Source: Thermodesulfobacteriota bacterium (GTDB taxonomy: Bacteria; Desulfobacterota; Binatia; Bin18). From it: a DNA stretch of 64,000 bases. The notes below the pieces were generated by a model. That model ran no database searches. It worked only from the letters and a program-made list of their open reading frames with translations, and was not told the DNA's origin. The number at the start of each line of letters is the position of its first letter. Within the stretch, counting starts at the first letter, position 1. The DNA lies in the NCBI GenBank assembly GCA_964291405.2, contig OZ219926.1:4352001-4416000 (forward strand), written 5' to 3'. Below are positions 1-8,306 of this stretch, in pieces. The position numbers were made by a program, and so were the translations under genes.

Positions 1-52
1 GTGATACGACTGTGCGTTGGCCATTACGATGTCTCCTCACCTGCACCACAGG

Positions 53-1387
53 CTATTGAGTCTGAAAAAAGCGATTCTCCGGCCGAGGCAGGCCAAGGTT
101 TTCCCGTAGGGTCGTGCCCTCGTATTCGCGCCGAAACAGGCCGCGGCGCTGGAGTTCGGGCACGACTTGATCCACAAATTCGTCCAGTCCGCCCGGCAGA
201 TAGGGGAACATGACGTTAAAGCCGTCCGACCCCTCGGTCATGAGCCACTCCTCCATGTGATCGGCGATCATGCTCGGCGTGCCAGTGAGTTCCAAGGTGC
301 TGAAACTGCCGCCCACATACTGGGCAAGTTGTCTGATGGTCATATTGTCCCTGCGCGCCATATCGACCAGTTTCTGCCGCCCGGATTGAGTGGCGTTACT
401 TTCCGGTATGTCGGGCAACGGATTGTCCAGGTCATAGCCCGACACGTCATGGCCCAGCAGGACGCAGAGTGTGGCCATGCCGCTGTCCGGGTGGACCAGG
501 CTGTCGAGCTTCGCCTTCTTTGCCCGCGCTTCGGCCAGCGTGTCGCCAATAACAACAAAGGCGCCCGGCAGGATTTTGAGATGCTCGCGACAGCGCCCGC
601 AGGCCTCCATCCGACCTTTGACATCCGCGTAATAGGACTGGGCGTCCTTCAGATTATTGACCCCGGAAAACACGACCTCGGCGGTCTCGGCTGCGAGCTG
701 ACGGCCGGCCTCTGACGCACCGGCCTGGACGATGACCGGCCAGCCCTGGACGGGTCGGGCGATATTCAGCGGACCGCGCACGGACAGATGCGGGCCTTTA
801 TGGTTCAGCACGTGTAACTTTTCAGGATCGAAATACACGCCAGCCTCGACATCGCGGATAAAGGCATTGTCCGCCCAACTGTCCCACAGGCCGGTGACCA
901 CATCGTAGAACTCGCGCGCCAGACGATAGCGCGCATCATGTTCCATATGGGCCTCGCGTCCGAAATTTAACGCCTCGTCCGGGTTGGCCGAGGTCACTAC
1001 ATTCCAGCCGGCCCGCCCGCCGCTGATATGGTCAAGCGAGGCAAACTTCCGCGCCACATGGTACGGGTCGTTATAGGTGGTAGAGGCTGTAGCGACCAGA
1101 CCCAGGTGCGTGGTGACCGTAGCCAGCGCCGGAAGCAGGGTGAGCGGATCGAACGAGGTGACCGTCGCGCTGCGTTTGAGTGCTGCCATTGGCATATTGA
1201 GCACGGCCAGGTGGTCGGCCATGAAAAAGGCATCGAAGCGCCCACGTTCCAGGGTACGCACAAAGCGCTGGTAGTGCGCAAAATTGAAGTTGGCATCCGG
1301 AAAGGCCCCCGGATAGCGCCAGGCCGCGGTATGAATGCTGACCGGTCGCATGAACGCGCCGAGCCGCAGTTGTCGTAAATGCGCCAT
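53..1387 (-). CDS. LLM-class flavin-dependent monooxygenase, NtaA/SnaA/DszA family
   Basis: 444 aa; motifs FDAFFMADHL, ASTTYNDPYHVARKFASLDHISGGRAGWNVVTS, QAGASEAG and C-terminal VVPELQRRGLFRREYEGTTLRENLGL. Confidence 0.93.
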   Translation of the reverse strand: MAHLRQLRLGAFMRPVSIHTAAWRYPGAFPDANFNFAHYQRFVRTLERGRFDAFFMADHLAVLNMPMAALKRSATVTSFDPLTLLPALATVTTHLGLVATASTTYNDPYHVARKFASLDHISGGRAGWNVVTSANPDEALNFGREAHMEHDARYRLAREFYDVVTGLWDSWADNAFIRDVEAGVYFDPEKLHVLNHKGPHLSVRGPLNIARPVQGWPVIVQAGASEAGRQLAAETAEVVFSGVNNLKDAQSYYADVKGRMEACGRCREHLKILPGAFVVIGDTLAEARAKKAKLDSLVHPDSGMATLCVLLGHDVSGYDLDNPLPDIPESNATQSGRQKLVDMARRDNMTIRQLAQYVGGSFSTLELTGTPSMIADHMEEWLMTEGSDGFNVMFPYLPGGLDEFVDQVVPELQRRGLFRREYEGTTLRENLGLPRPENRFFQTQ

Positions 1388-1541
1388 AGTTTTTCTGTCC
1401 GGTCCTCCTATCTCGGGCTAGACGATAGGGTAGCAAATTGCCGGGTTATGGCTATCCCAGCGATTTCCAGAAGCCTGGTATTTCGCTTCTGCCTGTTTTC
1501 TTTATCTCTCGTGACTTTAGAATACGGACTGGTTATAAGTC

Positions 1542-1557
1542 TAGTCAGTAGAGACTA
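1542..1557. promoter_or_regulatory. Putative autoregulatory operator of the Phd/YefM antitoxin gene
   Basis: Inverted repeat TAGTC-N6-GACTA in AT-rich DNA just upstream of the GGAG RBS and ATG at 1576; type II antitoxins typically bind such palindromes. Confidence 0.4.
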
Positions 1558-1575
1558 TAAACTCTTGGAGTACAT

Positions 1576-1836
1576 ATGAGTAAAACCTGGCAGGTACAGG
1601 ACGCGAAGGCGCGGTTCAGCGAATTCCTTGAAGCGAGCCTTGCCGAAGGACCGCAAGTCGTAACCAAACGAGGGGTGGAGGCTGCGGTTTTGGTCTCCAT
1701 CGATCAGTGGCGACGATTAGAGCAGATGAGTAGGCCCGATCTGAAGGAATTGCTCCTCGCACCCGAAGCACGGACTGATACTCTGACGTCGCCACGAGAG
1801 AGACGTCGTCACCGCAGTTTGCCGAGCTTCGAGTAA
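1576..1836 (+). CDS. Phd/YefM-family type II antitoxin (no adjacent toxin)
   Basis: N-terminus WQVQDAKARFSEFLE...GPQVVTKRGVEAAVLVS is the Phd/YefM signature; GGAG RBS. Confidence 0.9.
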   Translation: MSKTWQVQDAKARFSEFLEASLAEGPQVVTKRGVEAAVLVSIDQWRRLEQMSRPDLKELLLAPEARTDTLTSPRERRRHRSLPSFE

Positions 1837-1904
1837 AACGGAAAAGGCTGTAAATTGGGGCGTGTGTGGTCGTCTACAAGATGTATCTTTATCGCTTTCG
1901 ATAT

Positions 1905-2012
1905 CTATGATGAAGGGCGACCGGCATCTCTGACGACCTGCCATACGATGTAGATAATCATTCCGGCAACCATGAAGAGTCCAGCAAATCCCACAAGTTC
2001 GTAAGCGCTCAT
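1905..2012 (-). CDS. Small single-pass membrane protein, 35 aa (MSAYELVGFAGLFMVAGMIIYIVWQVVRDAGRPSS)
   Basis: Translated by hand (below the ORF-track cutoff); one hydrophobic helix; start overlaps the upstream stop as ATGA. Confidence 0.5.
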   Translation of the reverse strand: MSAYELVGFAGLFMVAGMIIYIVWQVVRDAGRPSS

Positions 2013-2149
2013 TCTCCAGACCCCCCGATCCCTTTCATAAGCAGTTCGATCCGTCGATGAAGAAGCACGATGAAGATACCAAGGACAAAATTCACTGTAA
2101 GGCCAGCTATGAGGAACTTGGCCGCGCTTTCTCGTTGTCGCGATGTCAT
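2009..2149 (-). CDS. Small membrane protein, 46 aa (MTSRQRESAAKFLIAGLTVNFVLGIFIVLL...)
   Basis: Internal ATG of ORF 2009..2236; hydrophobic helix; coupled to 1905..2012. Confidence 0.45.
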   Translation of the reverse strand: MTSRQRESAAKFLIAGLTVNFVLGIFIVLLHRRIELLMKGIGGSGE

Positions 2150-2346
2150 GCTTGGTGAAAGTCTACTACACAGGCCATGCACTGACCAGAGTTGTTCCTC
2201 TACACTTTGGCGTTCGGCTGGGCTGGAAGCCCGCATCCGCAGTGACGCCGAGCTTTGAGATCAACACCGCCAGTTGCGTATTGACGACTTCTTCACGATT
2301 GCGCTGCTTAGGCATGAGTATCGGCAAGTCCTTCTTGGCGTCCCTT

Positions 2347-2374
2347 GTAGGGGCAATTCATGAATTGCCCCTAC
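2347..2374. repeat. GTAG-family REP palindrome
   Basis: Perfect 28-bp palindrome GTAGGGGCAATTCATGAATTGCCCCTAC overlapping the stop codon of the gene at 2371. Confidence 0.8.
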
Positions 2375-2964
2375 CGCTCTCTGTTTCCTATCCAGGTGAC
2401 GCAGGAATCCGAAAAGATAATCGTATCTTCATTGGGATAACTGTGGGCGGTTTTGAGCGTCACACGCGGGCTCGTCTTGTCGAGCATCACCCAGACCAGC
2501 GTTTGGGGGGCTGGGCCTCGGGACGTGGCCGGAAAAGAATAGTCGAGACCAGCGCTCGATGAGGGTGCCGTGTCTGTACTGGCCCGGACAATACGTTGAG
2601 CCAGTGCCCGAAAGGCGGACTGGCCGCGCCGGCTGTCCGTCTGCTGGGCTTCAAAATGATAGTGCAGCGCTGGTGTGAGCTGGAGGTCAATAGGGCGAGC
2701 CAGGTTCACAATCCAGTCCGAGAACACTGGTTGTAACGCAGGGGGAGTATCCGTGCAGGCCAGGATTTCGCAGACGTGCTGGGTATTGTCATACGCGATA
2801 TGAACGATGTGGCTGGCCCCGATAATACTCGCCTGTACCTGGAATCGGGGCTGTTCCAGGCGCACCGTGGCCAGCGGTCTGAAGTGCTGAAAATCCACCC
2901 GGTCGGCGAGAACGTGAAGCCGGAGCTCGGCGGCGGATTGGTCCTTGTAGGTGAGCGTGCTCAT
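2371..2964 (-). CDS. DUF2617-like protein
   Basis: Pattern YKDQSAAELRL...IIGASH...CEILAC and C-terminal TAHSYPNE resembles DUF2617; likely start MSTL at 2964. Confidence 0.6.
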   Translation of the reverse strand: MSTLTYKDQSAAELRLHVLADRVDFQHFRPLATVRLEQPRFQVQASIIGASHIVHIAYDNTQHVCEILACTDTPPALQPVFSDWIVNLARPIDLQLTPALHYHFEAQQTDSRRGQSAFRALAQRIVRASTDTAPSSSAGLDYSFPATSRGPAPQTLVWVMLDKTSPRVTLKTAHSYPNEDTIIFSDSCVTWIGNRER

Positions 2965-2971
2965 GCGGTGT

Positions 2972-3808
2972 CTAGCCTGCGGCAACAACGGACGGGTGCA
3001 GGAGTTGAGATAGGGCTAACAGCCGGCCGAGCATCTCCCACACCCCGAGTAACTGGAACGCCATGACCACTATTGTCCCAGCCAACACGATCCGAATCCA
3101 GCCTTCGCCCTTGCTGACACCCCAGTGCGCTCCAAACCACGCGCCGATACTGGTCGTTATCGACAGGATCAGGCCCGCGCTCCAATCAACCTTTCCGTTC
3201 AGCGCAAAGACGCAGCAGGCAATGCCGGTCACGCCCATGACAATAACGACCTTCACACCGTTTGCCAGCATGAGATTCAAGCCGCCCATAGTGCTTAGCG
3301 CCACCAGTATAAAAATACCGGCCCCAATTTGCAGTAAGCCACCGTAGAGGCCGATACCGAAAAAGACGCCTTGAAGCAGTCGTCGCCCTCGATCTGTCCT
3401 ACTGACGGCCAGCAGTTTGCTATTGAGAACCGGTTCAAACACCACCGGGATGAGCAGGACCATCATCGTGATAGCCAACAAGGTCTGGAAGACCGCATCG
3501 TCCAGACGGACCGATACCAGCGCGCCGCACACCGAGCCCAGCATGGCCGGGATCATGAGCGTAATGGCTAAGCCGGAGTCGGTCTGATTCAGTTTTTTAT
3601 ACGCGGCCAGGGCAGTCAGGCTTTGCAGGACAACGGCCAAACGATTCGTGCCGTTGGCCACTCCCGGCGGCAGGCCGATCAGGATGAGGGCGGGCACGGT
3701 CAGCACGGCCCCTCCGCCGGAAACCGCGTTGAGAAAACCGGCGGCCAGACCGCTGAGGCTAATGAGGAGTATGTCGGTGAGTGACATGACACTAAAAAGG
3801 GCAGCCAT
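2972..3808 (-). CDS. TauE/SafE-family sulfite exporter (TSUP permease)
   Basis: GLAAGFLNAVSGGGAVLTVPAL, ANGTN, GLYGGLLQIGAG motifs; multiple TM helices. Confidence 0.9.
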   Translation of the reverse strand: MAALFSVMSLTDILLISLSGLAAGFLNAVSGGGAVLTVPALILIGLPPGVANGTNRLAVVLQSLTALAAYKKLNQTDSGLAITLMIPAMLGSVCGALVSVRLDDAVFQTLLAITMMVLLIPVVFEPVLNSKLLAVSRTDRGRRLLQGVFFGIGLYGGLLQIGAGIFILVALSTMGGLNLMLANGVKVVIVMGVTGIACCVFALNGKVDWSAGLILSITTSIGAWFGAHWGVSKGEGWIRIVLAGTIVVMAFQLLGVWEMLGRLLALSQLLHPSVVAAG

Positions 3809-3820
3809 AGCGGGCTGCCC

Positions 3821-3928
3821 CTACCATCTCGGTGTTTGATTTGTGGAGAACTGCACCGTCTCGCCGGGAATGTCGGTGTCTTTGGTGAGCACCTTGTCGG
3901 TCTTCAAGGGCACGACGATTTGATCGTA
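3821..3928 (-). pseudogene. Probable 3' remnant of a truncated gene (YDQIVVPLKTDKVLTKDTDIPGETVQFSTNQTPRW*)
   Basis: Open frame with GC3-rich, gene-like codons ending 12 nt before the tauE start; bounded upstream by an in-frame TAG near the end of the AT-richer island. Confidence 0.35.
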
Positions 3929-3967
3929 CTACCAGATCGATTCACCGCTCCAATCACAACGTGACCG

Positions 3968-5182
3968 TCACCGTTTCTCAAATATTACAAGGCTCTCTCG
4001 GGACGCCACACGCCCGTATTGCCCCATTTGCTGCGCGCTATTCCCACGCCAGCGTATTGCCCGTATTTCATTGCATATGAGGCCTGCCCGCTCGCCCATT
4101 TCCGCAGTGTACTCATCAACAGGAATGACGCTGCCGTCGTAGCGAGCGTTCCCAACTACGAAAGCAACCTTTCCACTTGAGCGACAAACACGTTCGACTT
4201 CACACAGACATAAGTACATGTCAAAAAAATATCCTCGTAACATTTGTTGCATACGCTGGTCGCTCAAATTGTAAATGTTCCTTTCGAGCGATTCAGGTGC
4301 TTCGTACTCCTCCGCCGAGGGTCGTTTTGGGCGAGCCTCTGGATGGGAATGGAAAGTCTGATATCTAAGTGCTCGATTTGCTTCCCAGTCATGAAATGCA
4401 AACATCAATTCTATTCCAAAGATCCGCGTATAGTCGTGACGATTCGGGTACGGTGGGGAAGTAATCACGGCTGAGTATGACCCATTGGGCGCCGGGATGG
4501 TACGGGCATCTGCGACCCGGGCTTTCCAATTGCCATTGCTTTGGGGGCACGATTTACCGACGTCCGATAACATCATCCCGACTTGTTTCCTGAAGGAGTT
4601 CCAAACATTTTCGGCACTAGCGCCTTGGTTCAACCACCTCAACCATCCCCCGTTTGCAACCGCATGACTGAAATGTGGGAGGATGGAAATTAACGCCAAT
4701 CGAAAAAAATTCTGTTCCGAGGAGGAAGCATTTATGTTGTCTATATACCCAGCAATTGCATCGAACGACTCAAGTCGGCCCTCAGGCAAGGCTTTTCGTA
4801 TCAGTTCCGGGTAGGTTCGCCTCATTGGCAACGCGCCTCCCGACTTTGCGGCGCGTTGGAGAGTCCGCCATAACTTATCCAATTTCCCTCGTGAGAAAGT
4901 GGCCGTCTTCGTATTCGCAGCAAGAACGGCGAGTGGGGAAAGATCATAACCAGCGGCCGAGACACTCTTTTCCTTCGCAGCTAAGAGTGTGGTCCCCGCG
5001 CCCACAAAGGGATCAAGTATATCGTCCTGTTCGGTCAATCTCCATTCATCTACTAAAGAGTGGACGAGTTCACCAGTAAAGCTATGAGGAAAAAGATACC
5101 ACCGGTGGACTGCCTTTTCCCTTGCGGCTCTTGGCGTCATCCAATGTTTCCACTCAGCCTGTTCGGTAATGTGCCACTTCAT
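3968..5182 (-). CDS. Amino-DNA methyltransferase, probably N4-cytosine (motif I before motif IV)
   Basis: SAM-binding ILDPFVGAGTT near N-terminus, catalytic VITSPPYPNRHDY later; HRWY N-terminal motif; C-terminal RESLVIFEK. Confidence 0.88.
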   Translation of the reverse strand: MKWHITEQAEWKHWMTPRAAREKAVHRWYLFPHSFTGELVHSLVDEWRLTEQDDILDPFVGAGTTLLAAKEKSVSAAGYDLSPLAVLAANTKTATFSRGKLDKLWRTLQRAAKSGGALPMRRTYPELIRKALPEGRLESFDAIAGYIDNINASSSEQNFFRLALISILPHFSHAVANGGWLRWLNQGASAENVWNSFRKQVGMMLSDVGKSCPQSNGNWKARVADARTIPAPNGSYSAVITSPPYPNRHDYTRIFGIELMFAFHDWEANRALRYQTFHSHPEARPKRPSAEEYEAPESLERNIYNLSDQRMQQMLRGYFFDMYLCLCEVERVCRSSGKVAFVVGNARYDGSVIPVDEYTAEMGERAGLICNEIRAIRWRGNSAQQMGQYGRVASRESLVIFEKR

Positions 5183-5982
5183 GATGAATTATGATGTTCG
5201 AGAGTGGGTATTTCTGGTTGAACGGTACCGTCAGCCGTAACCATATGGGCGCTCGGTAATTCTACTCCATTGGCAGTTCCAAGTGTGATATCCCCGATGA
5301 GCTGGCGTAACTTCTCTCTGATTTCCTCATAGGGAGCACTGTCATTAGGGCCGCATATATAGTTGACAGTATCTCTGAGGTATTTGTCGGCAGTAAACAG
5401 GTAATCTGCTTTAGCAACTAGTGCACTCGCGTAAATGATACTGTCCATAGCCTCAATATAAATCAGCCCATTAATGCCTTTTGCCAACTCCAGCACATCA
5501 CGTGTCCGGTCTCTGTCATTTGTCCTGACCGCGATATCTGATTCTCCCAGCAGTGAGGTTAAACCATTGACTCCATCCTTGACCGTCGTCAACTCGCTGG
5601 TGTCAACTCGCTCACGAATCTCTTCTTCACGGAGACGTGACCACATCCGGTCCGGTATCCCCTCTTTCGCTGCGCTCAGGATAGCCCTCCCCCTTGCTCT
5701 CCCGGTGAGCAATTCGAGCTCGGAGACAGGCGCGTATTGGACCTGTACCTCCTGCGCCGAAAGGAAAGCTATAGTCTCTAAACCTCGTTTCAGGCTTTTC
5801 TTGAGACTGGCATCCTCTAGGTTGTCTACTCGTGCAACTGCGCGCTCTTTCTCTGCTGTAGATTTTTCGGGACTCCAAGGAAACAGGGCGTTACCCTTTG
5901 CGTATTCCAGGTAGATTCCGATGTAATGAAGTATGTTCGTATCTAAGAATGCTATCCTCTGAAGATCTTGCTGGCTATCCAT
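5179..5982 (-). CDS. PIN-domain nuclease-like protein with large insertions
   Basis: FLDTNIL, SELELL, MDSIIYASA and LFTADKYL supply the four PIN acidic positions; likely start MDSQQD at 5982 overlapping the ATPase stop. Confidence 0.75.
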   Translation of the reverse strand: MDSQQDLQRIAFLDTNILHYIGIYLEYAKGNALFPWSPEKSTAEKERAVARVDNLEDASLKKSLKRGLETIAFLSAQEVQVQYAPVSELELLTGRARGRAILSAAKEGIPDRMWSRLREEEIRERVDTSELTTVKDGVNGLTSLLGESDIAVRTNDRDRTRDVLELAKGINGLIYIEAMDSIIYASALVAKADYLFTADKYLRDTVNYICGPNDSAPYEEIREKLRQLIGDITLGTANGVELPSAHMVTADGTVQPEIPTLEHHNSS

Positions 5983-7162
5983 GGTTTCGTGTTTCTGTTG
6001 GAGTCTGGCTGGGAAAAAGCTCCTCTTCGACTTTGTGAAGATAGTCCTCAGTAAATGGTAGCTGCACATTAGCATCTGCCTGTCCAAGTGCTCGGAAGCA
6101 TACTTTTACAAGCTGTCTGGGATTGGAGTAAGTGGTAGGACGAAAGGGAAGATCATCTGGAAACGGGAAAAGAACGCCCATCGATTCATCCGTCTCTCCT
6201 GACCGAGCAGCAGTTATCCGGGATTTCATCAGAGCGAATGCGTCCTCATACGTTAGGGGGTTAATCTGGAAGGTGCGGTTAGCAATGCGCGCCACCAGGG
6301 AGGGTTCAAGTTCTTTGGTAGTCTCGTAGGCATCGGGGGTCATAGACAACACAATCCAGAAGTCAATCTGCTCGCTTTCAGCGAGGTTGATTAATCGTCT
6401 CAGGGTAGCTAAGTAATCGTACGCCGCTCGCTTACTGAGCCGTTTTTGCAGACCTATTTCCTCAAATTCGTCGATCAGAAATGCAATAGCCTTGGCACCT
6501 GTCCCCTGTAAAATTGTTTTCAATATTGCACGAAAGTACGGCGCTTCCTCTCCTTCTGGGACCACACTCCCTTTTTGGCGGGGTACAAAGTCCCGATATT
6601 CAAAATATGGTTTGTTTACGACCTCGGTGACGATCCGAGCGAGACAGTGGGCAATCTGTTCATCGGTCGTAACTTCCGCGCTCAGGATGGCCTCCTGGAG
6701 AGGTATTGTCATGTCATGTTGGTGCCGACGCGGATGAAATGCGTCGGACAAATATTCCTCAAATCCCTTTCGGAAAAGATTTCTCTGATACGGAACAGTT
6801 ACATATGCTCCAGCCAGTTCCCAAATGAACTTAGCGAAATCTTTCCGCCCGATAGTACGCAACAACGTATTGGCGAGGTCGTAGAAATGCACTCCTGGGT
6901 TATCGAAGTAGAATGACCGGATTTGACGGCTTGGTAAAACGTCCGTGTGGAGCCACTGTAGAAGGCAAGTCTTTCCGGTCCCATACTCACCGACGAGAAC
7001 AATGGCCTTTACGCCCTCTCCACTCTGATGAACGTCGAGGAGCTGTCGCACGTCCGTCTCTAGTGCCGTCGGCAGTGACAGAGGGCCTGCAAGAGGTGTG
7101 CCCGTCGCAGCGGGCTCGAAAGGATTAACATTGAGCCTGAATTTTTGAAGAATGTCTGGCAT
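5975..7162 (-). CDS. AAA+ P-loop ATPase (ORC/Cdc6-, ExeA- or BREX-ATPase-like)
   Basis: N-terminal NPF, Walker A GEYGTGKT, Walker B FLIDEFEE, sensor-1-like VLSMT, sensor-2-like SNPR. Confidence 0.85.
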   Translation of the reverse strand: MPDILQKFRLNVNPFEPAATGTPLAGPLSLPTALETDVRQLLDVHQSGEGVKAIVLVGEYGTGKTCLLQWLHTDVLPSRQIRSFYFDNPGVHFYDLANTLLRTIGRKDFAKFIWELAGAYVTVPYQRNLFRKGFEEYLSDAFHPRRHQHDMTIPLQEAILSAEVTTDEQIAHCLARIVTEVVNKPYFEYRDFVPRQKGSVVPEGEEAPYFRAILKTILQGTGAKAIAFLIDEFEEIGLQKRLSKRAAYDYLATLRRLINLAESEQIDFWIVLSMTPDAYETTKELEPSLVARIANRTFQINPLTYEDAFALMKSRITAARSGETDESMGVLFPFPDDLPFRPTTYSNPRQLVKVCFRALGQADANVQLPFTEDYLHKVEEELFPSQTPTETRNHG

Positions 7163-8219
7163 GGTGGTCTGTCAACTCCATGGGTTCCAACACTATGTCT
7201 TTGTGTATGCGAATGTGAGAAATATAAGGACCATTCGCGGTCCTGTAATATCTTCGTAACACCAGTGTTTCCCCTTGCGCAGATGGCGCCGTGAGCGTTG
7301 CAAGGGCGCGGGATGTTGGAATCAACACAACGTGATTCGGCCATTCCCGAAGCAGACAGTCGATCGCATCGAAAAGCACACGGATCGGTTGTCGGCGAGC
7401 TTCGCAGAAGCGAACGATAAGATCAAGAATGGAGAATGATGTCCACTCATCTGGGGTACGTAGAGAAAGAAGGGAACGCACGGTCTGCCGTACAGGGCTG
7501 TCGATTCCCTTGAGGGAAGACCGGGGCCACGATACAGGAAACATAACCACACTACCATCGGCTTTTGGGCAGTATTCGTCGATGAGTCCCAACTCATTAC
7601 GTGCCCAGTAGCGCACTCCGTATAGGATCGCAGCTATGCTTGCGTACGAAGTCCAGCGTGCCGTGCGGCCTGTTTTGTCATTTCGAAAAATGACCTCCCT
7701 GGCGCGACAGGAACTGTAGCGGGTCCACTTAACAGGGAGACTGTTTTGACGAAAACTTGAAACGGAACTGGAGCTTGTGCCTGCGGACATGAAAAGATCA
7801 AAAAAAAGTGACCTGCATTGTTCATTTTTCAATACCAACGCTGCAAAATGGTCTCTTGCAGAATCACTGAGCACCTGATCTCTGTTGGCTGGGGCTGGCT
7901 GATGTAGTAGTTTGCAGACATCAGGATCATCATCGTTAATACGCAACCTCAGCCCATCTCGTTTGAGGGTGCGTAGACGAAGCAAGGTATTACGATAGTG
8001 GTATAGGGTCGTAGGTGCTGGGCCTGAACTACGCTGCGTAAGCACGAGGCTCTTTTCTTGTACTAACTTGTTAATTTCACCAGCCCTCAGTCCGTTCGGA
8101 AAGACAGCGACGGTTTTCAAGATACGGTGGAGCCCGGCGAACGAGACGGCGCGCATCCAATAATGATTCTGTCGTGCGCTGTCTTTATTAGACCGTTGTG
8201 CCTGAGTCATGTTGGTCAC
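7125..8219 (-). CDS. Hypothetical basic protein, possibly tandem winged-helix DNA-binding domains
   Basis: 364-aa ORF heading the operon and overlapping the ATPase start by 38 nt; segment GLRAGEINKLV...PTTLYHYRNTLLRL is HTH-like. Confidence 0.65.
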   Translation of the reverse strand: MTNMTQAQRSNKDSARQNHYWMRAVSFAGLHRILKTVAVFPNGLRAGEINKLVQEKSLVLTQRSSGPAPTTLYHYRNTLLRLRTLKRDGLRLRINDDDPDVCKLLHQPAPANRDQVLSDSARDHFAALVLKNEQCRSLFFDLFMSAGTSSSSVSSFRQNSLPVKWTRYSSCRAREVIFRNDKTGRTARWTSYASIAAILYGVRYWARNELGLIDEYCPKADGSVVMFPVSWPRSSLKGIDSPVRQTVRSLLSLRTPDEWTSFSILDLIVRFCEARRQPIRVLFDAIDCLLREWPNHVVLIPTSRALATLTAPSAQGETLVLRRYYRTANGPYISHIRIHKDIVLEPMELTDHHARHSSKIQAQC

Positions 8220-8278
8220 TTCTCTACGTTTACGTCTCGGAAGCCTTTCTGAATGTTATCACGGAGAACGGAGAAGCA

Positions 8279-8306
8279 AAACTAAACGCTGGTAGGGAGA
8301 GGTCAA
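8279..8306 (-). promoter_or_regulatory. Putative sigma70 promoter of the four-gene operon
   Basis: Minus strand TTGACC-N16-TAGTTT about 60 nt upstream of the start at 8219. Confidence 0.4.

Noticed and set aside
1-24. Start of a minus-strand gene running off the left edge (MANAQSYH, GAGGAG RBS)
   Set aside because: Probably real, but too short to assign a product.
5983-6087. N-terminal extension of the PIN ORF in the ORF track
   Set aside because: It lies inside the ATPase gene; the ATG at 5982 coupled to the ATPase stop is more plausible.
3968-8219. Calling the island BREX, DISARM, Hma or classical type I-III R-M
   Set aside because: No PglZ, helicase, HsdS/HsdR, m5C methyltransferase or evident restriction endonuclease is present.
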